Positions 38,350 to 47,535 of a stretch of DNA of 64,000 nt are shown piece after piece. The DNA comes from Dehalococcoidia bacterium (lineage in GTDB: Bacteria; Chloroflexota; Dehalococcoidia; SHYB01): NCBI GenBank assembly GCA_965220155.1, contig OZ244810.1, positions 3,445,298-3,509,297 of the forward strand. The letters are read 5' to 3'. The notes beneath the pieces are model-generated. The model saw nothing but the letters and a program-made list of their open reading frames with translations. It made no database searches and had not been told where the DNA came from. A program made the translations under genes and the position numbers. How positions within the stretch are numbered: position 1 is the first letter of the stretch; the number at the start of each line of letters is the position of its first letter.

Positions 38350-41300
38350 AACTCAATGTCTCTCGGGAACTCGCGGGGTCGGACCAAGTACTCCTCGTCA
38401 ATGGGACAGGATGCGAGCAGCTCCTTGGCGCTCATGGCGCTATAGTCAGGGATTCCTGATTCCCTCACGATCCTCTGTATCAGGTTGTCGAACCCCGTCT
38501 CGATTTTATACACGTCCACAAACTCAGCGAAGGCCCAACGTCCGTATCGACCGAGGCCGTTGACGCCGGGAATCCAATAGGTCTCCATGGCGTCCTTCTT
38601 GGCCTTTGCGTCTTCGCCGCGGTATCCCTTGATCTCCACGACCAGATTCAATGGGTCTTCGCTGCCATCGTCTATCTGGACGATGAAGTCCGGTATGTAC
38701 GTGCGGGTTAGGGAGCCGTACTGGTAGGGCACTTCCAGACCCAGGTTGTGGTTCTTGGCGTATGCTCTCACCCTGGGGTGCGCTTCCGCCACGCGGCAGA
38801 GCTCGGCCTCCCAGTCGCTGTCCAAGATAACCCAATTGAGGTGACATTTGCGGGGGTCCGTCTCCCAGCGGCTCTCTTTGGACGTGCTGAAACTCACGTG
38901 AGCGGTCGAGCCGGTGGGATTGAAGGGATCGAGCATTGCCTTGACAGGTCGTTGGCCGGCGTGAGCGCGGATAATGGCGGCCGCGATGCGCTCGCAGGCC
39001 ATGTCGGCCAGCTCTTGATACATGAGCTGCGCCGGGTAGGCGCCGCCCTTGCAACGCAGGCTGCCGTCGAGCCATTGGCTGACTATCCCTTTCAGCTTGC
39101 CAAAGAGGTGAAGCTTTGGCTCCTCGTTCTGGTCGCGCCATTTCGTGTAGAGGAGCCGCTGGGTGAGGTGCATCAGTAGGGTTGAGCGCCGGAGGTCTCT
39201 CGTGTGCACCAAGTTGAGATCGACGCCTTCACCGATAATGCCTTGGTTCCTCGTGACGGTTGGCCCAGTGAGACCGGGCGTCAGCTCCAAGACAGAGTCT
39301 TCAGTGAACGCGGCGGTCAACTCCTCCTTGGCAAGCTCGACGCGATAACCTCGAACGCGCGGGAAGCTGATTTCCAAGGAGTCGCGGTCGGGGCGAACGG
39401 CTCTGACCTGTATGGTCCGGCGGGGCGGCTGAGGCGGCGCAACGACGGGCTTGGCCGTGAAGTCGAAGGGGATGCCAAGGACCTCGGCGTACTCGACGTT
39501 GAATAGGTCTTGATCGTTCAGGTCGTAGGACTGGCGGCGCAGCGCCCGGCCGATGACCTGCTCACACAGCAGTTGGGTCCCGAAGGCTCGGACACCGAGG
39601 ATATGGGTGACCGTGTTGGCGTCCCAGCCCTCGGTCAGCATCGAGACGGATACGACGCAGCGGATGGAGTCTCCGAGGCTATTCTCTTTGCCGACGGTGT
39701 TCATGACCTCCCTGAGAAGGTCTTGGTCGGGGATGTTGCCGGCCTGGACCTGATCGCCGCTGCGTTGTTGTCTCTCCCGGCGGAACCGCTCGATTTCAGG
39801 AGCGGCGATAGTCCGGAAGTTCTGGTCCAACGCGTCGCCGGACTCGAGCTGTTCGCTGTCTATCAGCAACGTCCGAGGACGGGGCAGATGGTTGCCGTAT
39901 TCGTCGAAGTTGCGGAACAGCTCCAGCCGACCGTTTTCGAGGGAGCTCGAGCCGTCTTCGTTCTCGCGATGAAAGCCCGAGATGTAGTCGTAGACCAGCT
40001 TGGAGGTGGCCGTGTTGTTACAGACGACGATGAAGCACGGTGGGACCGGCACGTCGGCCTGGCGCCACAGATCGAAGGTCTTCTCGTAGTGCCCGTAGAG
40101 CGCCTGCAACGCCGTCTGAAGCTTGGTGGGGATCTCGAGGGGATCGAGATTCTTGGATTTACCGCGGCCCTTCCGCGGCATTTCAGGACGAATATTCTCC
40201 CATAGGGCGCGGAAGGTGGGCATGTCCCCGCCTGGGATGTTGTCGGATACAGGCACGCGCGGCAGCTTGACGATGCCGCACTCGATGGCGTCCATCAGGG
40301 AGAAGTCGTTCACCGTCCAGGGGAAGAGCGTACCCTCGGCATAACCCGAACCGCGCAGGAAGAAAGGCGTTGCGGACAGGTCGATGACCTGCTGGATGCC
40401 CAACTTGCGCTTGACGATTTCGAGTCCTGAAATCCAAACACGGGCCTCTTCGGTGTTCTTTTCGGCCTCTCTCCTGTCTTCACCTTTCAGCGTTTCCTCG
40501 TCATCCTCACCCGGCTTGCGACGGTAGCAGTGATGCCCTTCGTCGTTGAGCACCAGGACGTTCTTGATGCCCATGAGCTCCGGCATCACCCGCTGGACCA
40601 TCTGGCCCTCGGTCTCGATGGTGTTCAGCTCGGGGCCTCTGCCCTGGAGGAGGGCGCGGCCGCCACCGGAGACAGCCAGGACCTCTCGCAACTTGAAAGC
40701 ATGAAAGTTGGTAATGACGATCCTGGCCTTGCCGAGATCGTCGAGCATGTCCGCTGGAACCAGCTCACGACTTGCGTAGTAGCTGTCCGGGTCGTTAGGT
40801 TGCAGGACGCGCAGACGGTCCTTGATGGTGATGCCAGGGGCGACGACGAGAAAGCCGCGGGTGAACTTGCTACTGTTTGGACGCCGGACCGCGTTGATGG
40901 TGTGCCAGGCGATGAGCATCGCCATGACGGTGGTCTTTCCGGTGCCCGTCGCCAGCTTGAGAGCCAAGCGCATGATCTCAGGGTTAGCTTCCGTATTCGC
41001 CGCCTGGAGATTGTCCAAGAACCGCCGCCCTGTCGGCCTCAACTTCGGGGCGACCTCAGTAAGCCAGATGACCGTTTCCGCCGCCTCAATCTGGCAGAAG
41101 AAGGGACGCAGGCTGCTGAAGCTGTGGTGCCGCCAGTGTTGCAGCAGCCGAGCGGTCTCGGGCGTGACGCCCCAGTCGTTCGAACTCGGAATGGCCCGCC
41201 AGGCGTCCACCTGCTGGCGGATGCCGTTAACAACGGCTGTAGTGGCCTCGTATTGCTGGTGCTCAGTCGATAGCCCTTTGCCTTCGTCAAACACGAAGCC

Positions 41301-41474
41301 CCGCTGAAGCGCCCTGCGCTTGCGCGGCTTTGGGATTGGCGTGATGAATTCCGCCTTGCGTCGATAGTCGACTATCTGTTGCGTCGGCTGGCCCTGGGCA
41401 TCCAATTCCCAGTGCCTCTTTGGATACTCATAAGGGGAGTTCAGTATGGGACTGTCGAAGAATCGCTCTTCCAT
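38346..41474 (-). CDS. res: Type III restriction endonuclease Res-like subunit (SF2 helicase plus C-terminal PD-(D/E)xK nuclease)
   Basis: Walker A TGTGKT, DEGHH (DEAH-like) motif II, C-terminal PDF..VVEIKGY (D..ExK) motif; N-terminus typical of T3 Res. Confidence 0.8.
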   Translation of the reverse strand: MEERFFDSPILNSPYEYPKRHWELDAQGQPTQQIVDYRRKAEFITPIPKPRKRRALQRGFVFDEGKGLSTEHQQYEATTAVVNGIRQQVDAWRAIPSSNDWGVTPETARLLQHWRHHSFSSLRPFFCQIEAAETVIWLTEVAPKLRPTGRRFLDNLQAANTEANPEIMRLALKLATGTGKTTVMAMLIAWHTINAVRRPNSSKFTRGFLVVAPGITIKDRLRVLQPNDPDSYYASRELVPADMLDDLGKARIVITNFHAFKLREVLAVSGGGRALLQGRGPELNTIETEGQMVQRVMPELMGIKNVLVLNDEGHHCYRRKPGEDDEETLKGEDRREAEKNTEEARVWISGLEIVKRKLGIQQVIDLSATPFFLRGSGYAEGTLFPWTVNDFSLMDAIECGIVKLPRVPVSDNIPGGDMPTFRALWENIRPEMPRKGRGKSKNLDPLEIPTKLQTALQALYGHYEKTFDLWRQADVPVPPCFIVVCNNTATSKLVYDYISGFHRENEDGSSSLENGRLELFRNFDEYGNHLPRPRTLLIDSEQLESGDALDQNFRTIAAPEIERFRRERQQRSGDQVQAGNIPDQDLLREVMNTVGKENSLGDSIRCVVSVSMLTEGWDANTVTHILGVRAFGTQLLCEQVIGRALRRQSYDLNDQDLFNVEYAEVLGIPFDFTAKPVVAPPQPPRRTIQVRAVRPDRDSLEISFPRVRGYRVELAKEELTAAFTEDSVLELTPGLTGPTVTRNQGIIGEGVDLNLVHTRDLRRSTLLMHLTQRLLYTKWRDQNEEPKLHLFGKLKGIVSQWLDGSLRCKGGAYPAQLMYQELADMACERIAAAIIRAHAGQRPVKAMLDPFNPTGSTAHVSFSTSKESRWETDPRKCHLNWVILDSDWEAELCRVAEAHPRVRAYAKNHNLGLEVPYQYGSLTRTYIPDFIVQIDDGSEDPLNLVVEIKGYRGEDAKAKKDAMETYWIPGVNGLGRYGRWAFAEFVDVYKIETGFDNLIQRIVRESGIPDYSAMSAKELLASCPIDEEYLVRPREFPRDIEF

Positions 41475-41594
41475 TTCAACCGACCTCGCGAGCGCTATTC
41501 GTCATTCTCACCCGAAACCAACGACCCGCTTTCTCCAATGCATCAATATCGGGCTTCGGGACCCAAGCCGCCTTTTGAAGAGGGGTTGGGGAGC

Positions 41595-42737
41595 CTACCC
41601 CGCGGCCCCGAGCCCCAGGGCGCCGCGGACCTCTTCGGCTACGAGGTAGGCGGCGGTGCGCTCGGGGGCGTCTCCCATTCTCAGGAGGTTCTTGGTGAAG
41701 CCTACCGCCAGGCCGGTATCCGGGTCGGCGAAGCCGATCGAGCCGCCAGCGCCCGGGTGACCGAATGCCCCGGGCGGGCCCATAGCGGAGAGGGCGCCGC
41801 CACCCAGGAAATAGCCCATCCCTTTACGAGTGGGCTGGCCGATGACCACGTCCAGCTCGTCGGTCTGGAATGTCCGGGCGGTCTCGACCCGGTCGGCGGT
41901 CAGCAGCCGGGCTCCCCCCAGGGCCCCCGCGCCGGCCAGCATCGCATAATGCCGGGCGATGCCCCGGGCGCTCATGATTCCTCCAGCCCCGGGGATGGAG
42001 GCGCGGCGAACATCGGGACGGTTGAAGATTTTGCCGGCGGTGGTGACGGCCCGAGGGATCGCCCGCATGAGAAGAGAATCAGGGGCCGGCGGCGGCGCGT
42101 CCGGCGGCGGCGGGGCGTTCCGAAGAGTGGCCACCCTGCCCTCGACCGTGTCAGGGATGCCGAGGTACAAGCCTTCGATCCCCAGGGGTCGGCATATCTC
42201 GTCCTGCACAAACTGTGAGATTGGCCTGCCGTCGATTCGCCGGACGACCTCCCCGAGGACCCAGCCGAAGGTGTAGCCGTGGTAGCCGGTCTTGGTGCCG
42301 GGCTCCCAAAGGGGCTCCATGGCAGCCAATGCCTGGCACATTCCGTTCCAATCGCACATCATCTCCGGGGTGGCGCCGTCCGGCATCTGAGGAATCCCGA
42401 TCCGATGAGTCAGGCCGTCTCGCACGGTGGCCCGGTGTTTGCCGTTCTGTCCGAACTCCGGCCAGTATTCCTTGATTGGCGTGTCATACTCCAAGCGGCC
42501 GCGGTCGGCCAGCATGTGGATGCAAGTTGCCGTGATTCCCTTGGTCGTCGAGAACACCGTGAAGAGGGTCTCTCCGTCCACGGGGCGGCCCGTGTCCTGA
42601 TCCGCAAGCCCCGCCCAGGCATCGACAACGAGCTCTCCATCAAGGTAGGCGGCGGCTTGAAGCCCCATCTCCTCCCCGGACTCCACCAGCGTTTCGAGCA
42701 CTATTCTTACCCGTCGGGTCGCCTGTTCATCCACCAT
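41595..42737 (-). CDS. Beta-lactamase-family serine hydrolase
   Basis: S-x-x-K motif FSTTKG, class C/esterase-like length. Confidence 0.75.
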   Translation of the reverse strand: MVDEQATRRVRIVLETLVESGEEMGLQAAAYLDGELVVDAWAGLADQDTGRPVDGETLFTVFSTTKGITATCIHMLADRGRLEYDTPIKEYWPEFGQNGKHRATVRDGLTHRIGIPQMPDGATPEMMCDWNGMCQALAAMEPLWEPGTKTGYHGYTFGWVLGEVVRRIDGRPISQFVQDEICRPLGIEGLYLGIPDTVEGRVATLRNAPPPPDAPPPAPDSLLMRAIPRAVTTAGKIFNRPDVRRASIPGAGGIMSARGIARHYAMLAGAGALGGARLLTADRVETARTFQTDELDVVIGQPTRKGMGYFLGGGALSAMGPPGAFGHPGAGGSIGFADPDTGLAVGFTKNLLRMGDAPERTAAYLVAEEVRGALGLGAAG

Positions 42738-42791
42738 CTTTTTACTCCGTTGGGCCTCAGCTTTACTCCACTAGTGCTCGACTCGAAGCCG

Positions 42792-42835
42792 GGTCCTCCA
42801 GATTACCCGGAGCGGTCCTCCAGATCACCCGGAGC
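42792..42835. repeat. Tandem 22-bp direct repeat (ggtcctccaga(t/c)tacccggagc x2) in the hydratase-hydrolase intergenic spacer
   Basis: Read directly. Confidence 0.6.
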
Positions 42836-42836
42836 G

Positions 42837-43649
42837 CTAGCGGCCCTCGAATACCGGCTTGCGTTTCTCAGCGAAGGCTTTAGCCGCTTCCTTGTTGTCC
42901 TCAGAGGCCATCGTGATCGCTTCCACCGCCAAGGAGAAGTGATGCGTGTTCACGACTTGCTGCCAGATGTGCTGGTTGAGGGAGGCCTTGGTCCAGCGGA
43001 CCGCCAAGGGGGCCCCTGCCGCCAGCTCTTCGGCAAGGTCCCTCGCCTTCTCCATGACCTGCTCTTGGGGCACGACGTAGTTCACGAGTCCCATCTCGCC
43101 CGCTTTGGCGGCGGGGACCAGCCGTCCCGTCATCAGCAGCTCCTTGGCCCGATTCATCCCAATCAGGAACGGCCAAACGAGGGTGCCGCCATCGCCCGCG
43201 ACGAGTCCCACGTTGACATGGGTGTCGCCGATGCGCGCCGTCTCGGACATCACCGTGATGTCGCACATGAGCGCAAGCGTCGAGCCCAGGCCGACCGCGT
43301 CGCCATTAACGGCCGCAATGATTGGGGGCTCGAGGTTGAGGAAGTGATGGATCAGCCACTTGCCCGTCTTGACCGCGGCGCGAAGCGGCCGGACCTCGCC
43401 TTGCCTTGCCCGCTCGGCCATGGCCTTGACGTCGGCCCCGGCACAGAAGGCCCGCCGGCCGGACCCCGTGAGGATAACGGCCCGGACATCGGTATCGAGA
43501 TTGAAGGCCTGGAGCAACTCCTCGAGCCCGTCATGCAGCTCGGGAATCACAGAGTTCATCCGCTCCGGCCGGTTGATGGTTACCGTCGCTACGTGGTCCC
43601 TTACTTCGACGAGGAGGTGGCTCTCCTCGTAGCGCCCATAGTCCGCCAT
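42837..43649 (-). CDS. Enoyl-CoA hydratase/isomerase (crotonase) family
   Basis: FCAGADVK oxyanion-hole motif, about 270 aa. Confidence 0.85.
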   Translation of the reverse strand: MADYGRYEESHLLVEVRDHVATVTINRPERMNSVIPELHDGLEELLQAFNLDTDVRAVILTGSGRRAFCAGADVKAMAERARQGEVRPLRAAVKTGKWLIHHFLNLEPPIIAAVNGDAVGLGSTLALMCDITVMSETARIGDTHVNVGLVAGDGGTLVWPFLIGMNRAKELLMTGRLVPAAKAGEMGLVNYVVPQEQVMEKARDLAEELAAGAPLAVRWTKASLNQHIWQQVVNTHHFSLAVEAITMASEDNKEAAKAFAEKRKPVFEGR

Positions 43650-43816
43650 GGTCCCCCCGATGGTAGTTTTGGTCGGTCCCGCGGTCCCGCCGGGGAATTA
43701 TGGCAAGACACGGCGAAAGAGGAAAGGCGTCGGAGGGGCCGGTAGCACGCCCCAGCTATGGTAGACTCGGCCTAAATCCGGAGGCAGCCCCGGCACCAGG
43801 CTGGGAGGAGTCACCC

Positions 43817-44962
43817 ATGAAGCTGAGCTTGGCGTATGAGATGCAGCGCCCGACGTTGGATGACCATGCGGTCATCGAGGAGACCATCGAGCAATGCGTC
43901 TTTGCGGACGAGATGGGATTCGACACGATCTGGTTCGTGGAGCACCACTTTCTCACCGGGTTCTCCATGTCGCCATGCCCGGAGGTGATCTTCGGCGCCC
44001 TGAGCCGTCTGACCAAGCGCGTCCGGCTTGGCTTCGGCGTCGTCATTCTCCCCTACCATAACCCGATCCGTGTGGCCGAGCGTGTCGCCATGGTGGACCA
44101 CATGTCCCAGGGCCGCGTCGAGTTTGGCACAGGCCGCTCGGCCCCCTACGAGCAGACGGGGATGGGCATCGACCCCCGCGACACGCGCGACATGTGGGAA
44201 GAATCCCTCGAGATGGTGCCGCAGATATGGGAGAACGAGATGTTCTCCTGGGAGGGGAGGTTCTGGAACGTGCCTCCAAGGGAGGTGCGGCCAAAACCGT
44301 ACCAGAAGCCTCATCCACCAATATGGGTGGCGGCATTGCAGAAGTCTACGTACGAGCTGGCGGCGAAGAAGGGGATCGGCGTGATGGCCTTGAGCGTCGT
44401 AGCACCAGCGACCCTCGCTAAACACATCGAGCAGTACAAAGACAGCGTGCGCAAAGCGAGACCGGTTGGAAAGAGCATCAACGACCAGTGGCTCAGCGCA
44501 ACGATGGGTTACTGCGACATGGACAACAAGGCAGGCCGGGAGCTTTCGGCACGGTCGCTGAAGACCCTGTTTGGCCCCGACAAGCCTTACCTGAAAGACC
44601 AGACCGATGTCTACGAAAAGCTGGTCGAGTCCTGGGGCGGCGTACCAGACCACCTGGAGGCGAACTTCGGGCGCTACATCAAGAAGGAGCAGGGGGACGC
44701 GGGGGTGGACCTTTCAGGGGGCTCGACACAGATCTCCCAGGCTGTGTGGGAACAATTCGATGCCGATACCCTTGCGGACAGGGGCGTCATCATCGCGGGC
44801 GATCCGGACAGCTGCCTGCGAGGCATCAAGGCCCACGAAGCGGTCGGTGTGGACCAGCTCCAGTTCATCATGGCCACGGAGACGATCCCTCACGAGAAGG
44901 TGATGTCCTCGATTGAGCTATTCGGAAAACACGTGATACCCAAGCTCAACGGTAAAGACTGA
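43817..44962 (+). CDS. LLM-class flavin/F420-dependent oxidoreductase
   Basis: GFDTIWFVEHHF motif; start ATG 43817 with GGAGGAG RBS (internal to longer ORF). Confidence 0.8.
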   Translation: MKLSLAYEMQRPTLDDHAVIEETIEQCVFADEMGFDTIWFVEHHFLTGFSMSPCPEVIFGALSRLTKRVRLGFGVVILPYHNPIRVAERVAMVDHMSQGRVEFGTGRSAPYEQTGMGIDPRDTRDMWEESLEMVPQIWENEMFSWEGRFWNVPPREVRPKPYQKPHPPIWVAALQKSTYELAAKKGIGVMALSVVAPATLAKHIEQYKDSVRKARPVGKSINDQWLSATMGYCDMDNKAGRELSARSLKTLFGPDKPYLKDQTDVYEKLVESWGGVPDHLEANFGRYIKKEQGDAGVDLSGGSTQISQAVWEQFDADTLADRGVIIAGDPDSCLRGIKAHEAVGVDQLQFIMATETIPHEKVMSSIELFGKHVIPKLNGKD

Positions 44963-45059
44963 GGCCCAAGCGAGAGCAGCGCCATCGCGCCGTCAACCGG
45001 TAACTCCTTCGAAGAAGCCCGCAGTCGGCGATGTTTCAGTCAGTCGGCGATGTTACAAT

Positions 45060-45170
45060 GCCTCTGATGACCTTTGCCCTGATGAGCTTTGCCGCTGATG
45101 ACCCCCCGATGACCCTTCGCCCCTGATGACCCTTCAGGCCAACCTGGACCCTCGATAGGCCGGTCAGGCG
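45060..45170 (+). promoter_or_regulatory. Leader region with 5-6 tandem about 13-bp repeats containing (c)tgATGACC, producing nested mini-uORFs (e.g. MTLQANLDPR)
   Basis: Repeats at 45064, 45078, 45093, 45106, 45122 read directly; the repeat unit mimics the MTL start of the downstream genes. Confidence 0.45.
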
Positions 45171-46307
45171 ATGACACTCGATACACGAGACGTAACGGCG
45201 GACAGCGAAGTCGCCGCCATGGAGTACGCCTGGGCCGAAGGCTGGACCGACGGCCTGCCCATCATCCCGCCCACGCCCGAGCGTGTAACGGCCTTCCTCG
45301 AGTATGCCGGACTGGACCCGGACCAGGAAATCGGGCAGTATGCCGTCCGGAACCGCGGAATCACCGCCGCCAAGATAGCCTCCAACGCTGTCATGGCCGG
45401 GTGCAGGCCCGAATACATGCCCGTGGTGGTGGCCGCCATCGAGGCGATCACCGAGCCCGATTTCAAGATGAACCACCTGGCCAGTACCTCCAGCCCCTGG
45501 CCTGTCTTCATCGTGAACGGGCCGATCATCAAGGAGCTGGGCCTCAACAGCGGGGCGTACGTGCTGGGGCCCGGGAGCAGACCAAACGCGACCATTGGCA
45601 GGGCCATCAGCCTGACCCTGGCCAACTGCATGGATGCGAAGGTCGGCGGCGTGCAGCAAGGGATCATGGGCATCCCCGCCCGTGCGGCAGGACAGGTCAT
45701 CGCTGAAAATGAGGATATCTCCTGGGAGCCCCTGAGCATGATGCGGGGATTCCCCCGCGGGGTCAGCACCCTGACGGCCGCGACCCACTATATGGCGGGG
45801 CCCCGGCAGGTGATCGCTCTGCCTGAGCACCTGCCTAAGGAGAACGCGGCATTGGCCCTGGCCAACATGCTGAGCGAGTACTGCGGAGAGGGCTCCCTCA
45901 CTTCGGTACAGACCGTGCTTCTATCCCCGTCGTTCCAACGGGCCTTTGCCTCCGAGGGATGGAGCCGGAAGGATGTCAGGGACTACCTCGTCGAGAACGT
46001 GAAAGCCTCGGTCGCATCCCTGAAGCTCCGCCACCGCTGGCTGGCCGAGACCTGGGAAGAGCCCCTGGTCCATAGCTCGGCCCCAATCTACCCTGGCGAC
46101 GAGAGCAAGTTCGTCTACCACGGGAAGGGCGAAGATTTCGGCAGGAAGATCGGCGGCCACGCGGCGACGCACCCGCGCAAGGACATGGACTACATCATCG
46201 CGGTCGCGGGCTCCGACATTGGGCAGATGTACGCGTGTTTCTTCCGGCCCTACATTCCCGATGGGGCCAATACGAAAGTCATTCGCCCACCAGCGAGCAA
46301 GGGCTGA
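45171..46307 (+). CDS. Conserved uncharacterized protein, partner of UGSC selenoprotein (paralog 2)
   Basis: Shares all family motifs with 4350 and 46350 ORFs. Confidence 0.75.
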   Translation: MTLDTRDVTADSEVAAMEYAWAEGWTDGLPIIPPTPERVTAFLEYAGLDPDQEIGQYAVRNRGITAAKIASNAVMAGCRPEYMPVVVAAIEAITEPDFKMNHLASTSSPWPVFIVNGPIIKELGLNSGAYVLGPGSRPNATIGRAISLTLANCMDAKVGGVQQGIMGIPARAAGQVIAENEDISWEPLSMMRGFPRGVSTLTAATHYMAGPRQVIALPEHLPKENAALALANMLSEYCGEGSLTSVQTVLLSPSFQRAFASEGWSRKDVRDYLVENVKASVASLKLRHRWLAETWEEPLVHSSAPIYPGDESKFVYHGKGEDFGRKIGGHAATHPRKDMDYIIAVAGSDIGQMYACFFRPYIPDGANTKVIRPPASKG

Positions 46308-46349
46308 CGGGCCGCCGGGGACTTGGGGTCCAGGCGGGAGACAAGGACG

Positions 46350-47477
46350 ATGACCCTTCAATCGAACATGGTCGAAGCGGCCAGCGAGATCGACGCGATC
46401 GAGCGCTTCATGGCCATGGAATGGTCCGACGGGCTGCCAGTCGTCCCGCCGACTCCCGAGCGGGTCACCCAGCTTCTGGACTACATGGGGATGGAGCCCG
46501 GGCTCGAGATCGGCCGATCAGAGGTCCGCAACAGGAGCATCACCGCCGAGCACGTCGCCACCAGCGCGGTGGCGGCCGGGTGCAGGCCGGAGTACATGCC
46601 CGTCATCGTCTCGGCCCTGGAAGGGGTCATGGACCCCGACTTCCACATGAACCACCTGGCAAGCACGTCGAGCCCATGGCCTATGTTCATCGTCAACGGG
46701 CCGATCATCGAGGAAATCGGGCTCAACGACAGCACCTATGTTTTGGGGGTTGGCAGCAGGGCGAATATGACCATCGGCCGGGCGATCAGCCTAACCCTGG
46801 CCAACTGCATGGACGCCAGGACAGGCGGCGTCCAGCTTGGCGTGATGGGGAACGGCGCCCGCGCCGCCGGCCTCGTGATGGGAGAGCGGGAGGACTCGAC
46901 GTGGGAGCCCGTGAGCGTCACCAGGGGATTCTCCCCTGGGACCAGCACCGTCACCGTCATCAGCACCTTCGAGGGCACTCCCCGCCAGATATACTTTGGT
47001 CCCGAGCAGATGCCGGCAACCAACCGCGCGGAGGCCACGGCGCACTGGATATCCTACTTCTTCGGAGAGGGCTTTTGCGGAGGGGGCACGCACCTGGTGC
47101 TCCTCCCCCCAGTTGCCCGGCAGGTCTTTCTCGACTCCGGGTGGAAGAAGGAGGACCTGCGGCGCTACCTCGTGGAGAACGTGAGGGCATCGGTGGCGTC
47201 GCTGAAGCGTCGGTTTCTGTGGCCGCCGGGACCGGGGGAGGAGCCCACGACGGAAGGCTCAGCCCCAATTCATCCAGGGGACGAGGACAGGTATATTTAT
47301 CTAGGGCAAGAACCGCTGCCTGGAGGGGACACCTTCGGGAGGGCGCGGCGCAAGGCGGACTTCATTATCGCAACCTCGGGGTCCGAGATAGGGCACTTCC
47401 ATCTGATCATCACCAGCTCCTTTCCATCCGGGCCCAACCCCGTGACGAAGGTCATCCGCCAGTCAGCGAAGAAGTAG
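46350..47477 (+). CDS. Conserved uncharacterized protein, partner of UGSC selenoprotein (paralog 3)
   Basis: Start at ATG 46350 (MTLQSNM...), family motifs conserved. Confidence 0.75.
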   Translation: MTLQSNMVEAASEIDAIERFMAMEWSDGLPVVPPTPERVTQLLDYMGMEPGLEIGRSEVRNRSITAEHVATSAVAAGCRPEYMPVIVSALEGVMDPDFHMNHLASTSSPWPMFIVNGPIIEEIGLNDSTYVLGVGSRANMTIGRAISLTLANCMDARTGGVQLGVMGNGARAAGLVMGEREDSTWEPVSVTRGFSPGTSTVTVISTFEGTPRQIYFGPEQMPATNRAEATAHWISYFFGEGFCGGGTHLVLLPPVARQVFLDSGWKKEDLRRYLVENVRASVASLKRRFLWPPGPGEEPTTEGSAPIHPGDEDRYIYLGQEPLPGGDTFGRARRKADFIIATSGSEIGHFHLIITSSFPSGPNPVTKVIRQSAKK

Positions 47478-47535
47478 AACCGCGAGGTCTTTACTAGAGG
47501 TCTTTAGTCAGAGGACTTTACTTAAAGGAGGCACC

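Noticed and set aside
38346-38430. Search for a VapB antitoxin gene upstream of vapC
   Set aside because: Region is the 3' end of res in another frame. The vapC frame has a TGA two codons upstream of the TTG start. No small ORF with RHH/AbrB-like sequence on either strand.
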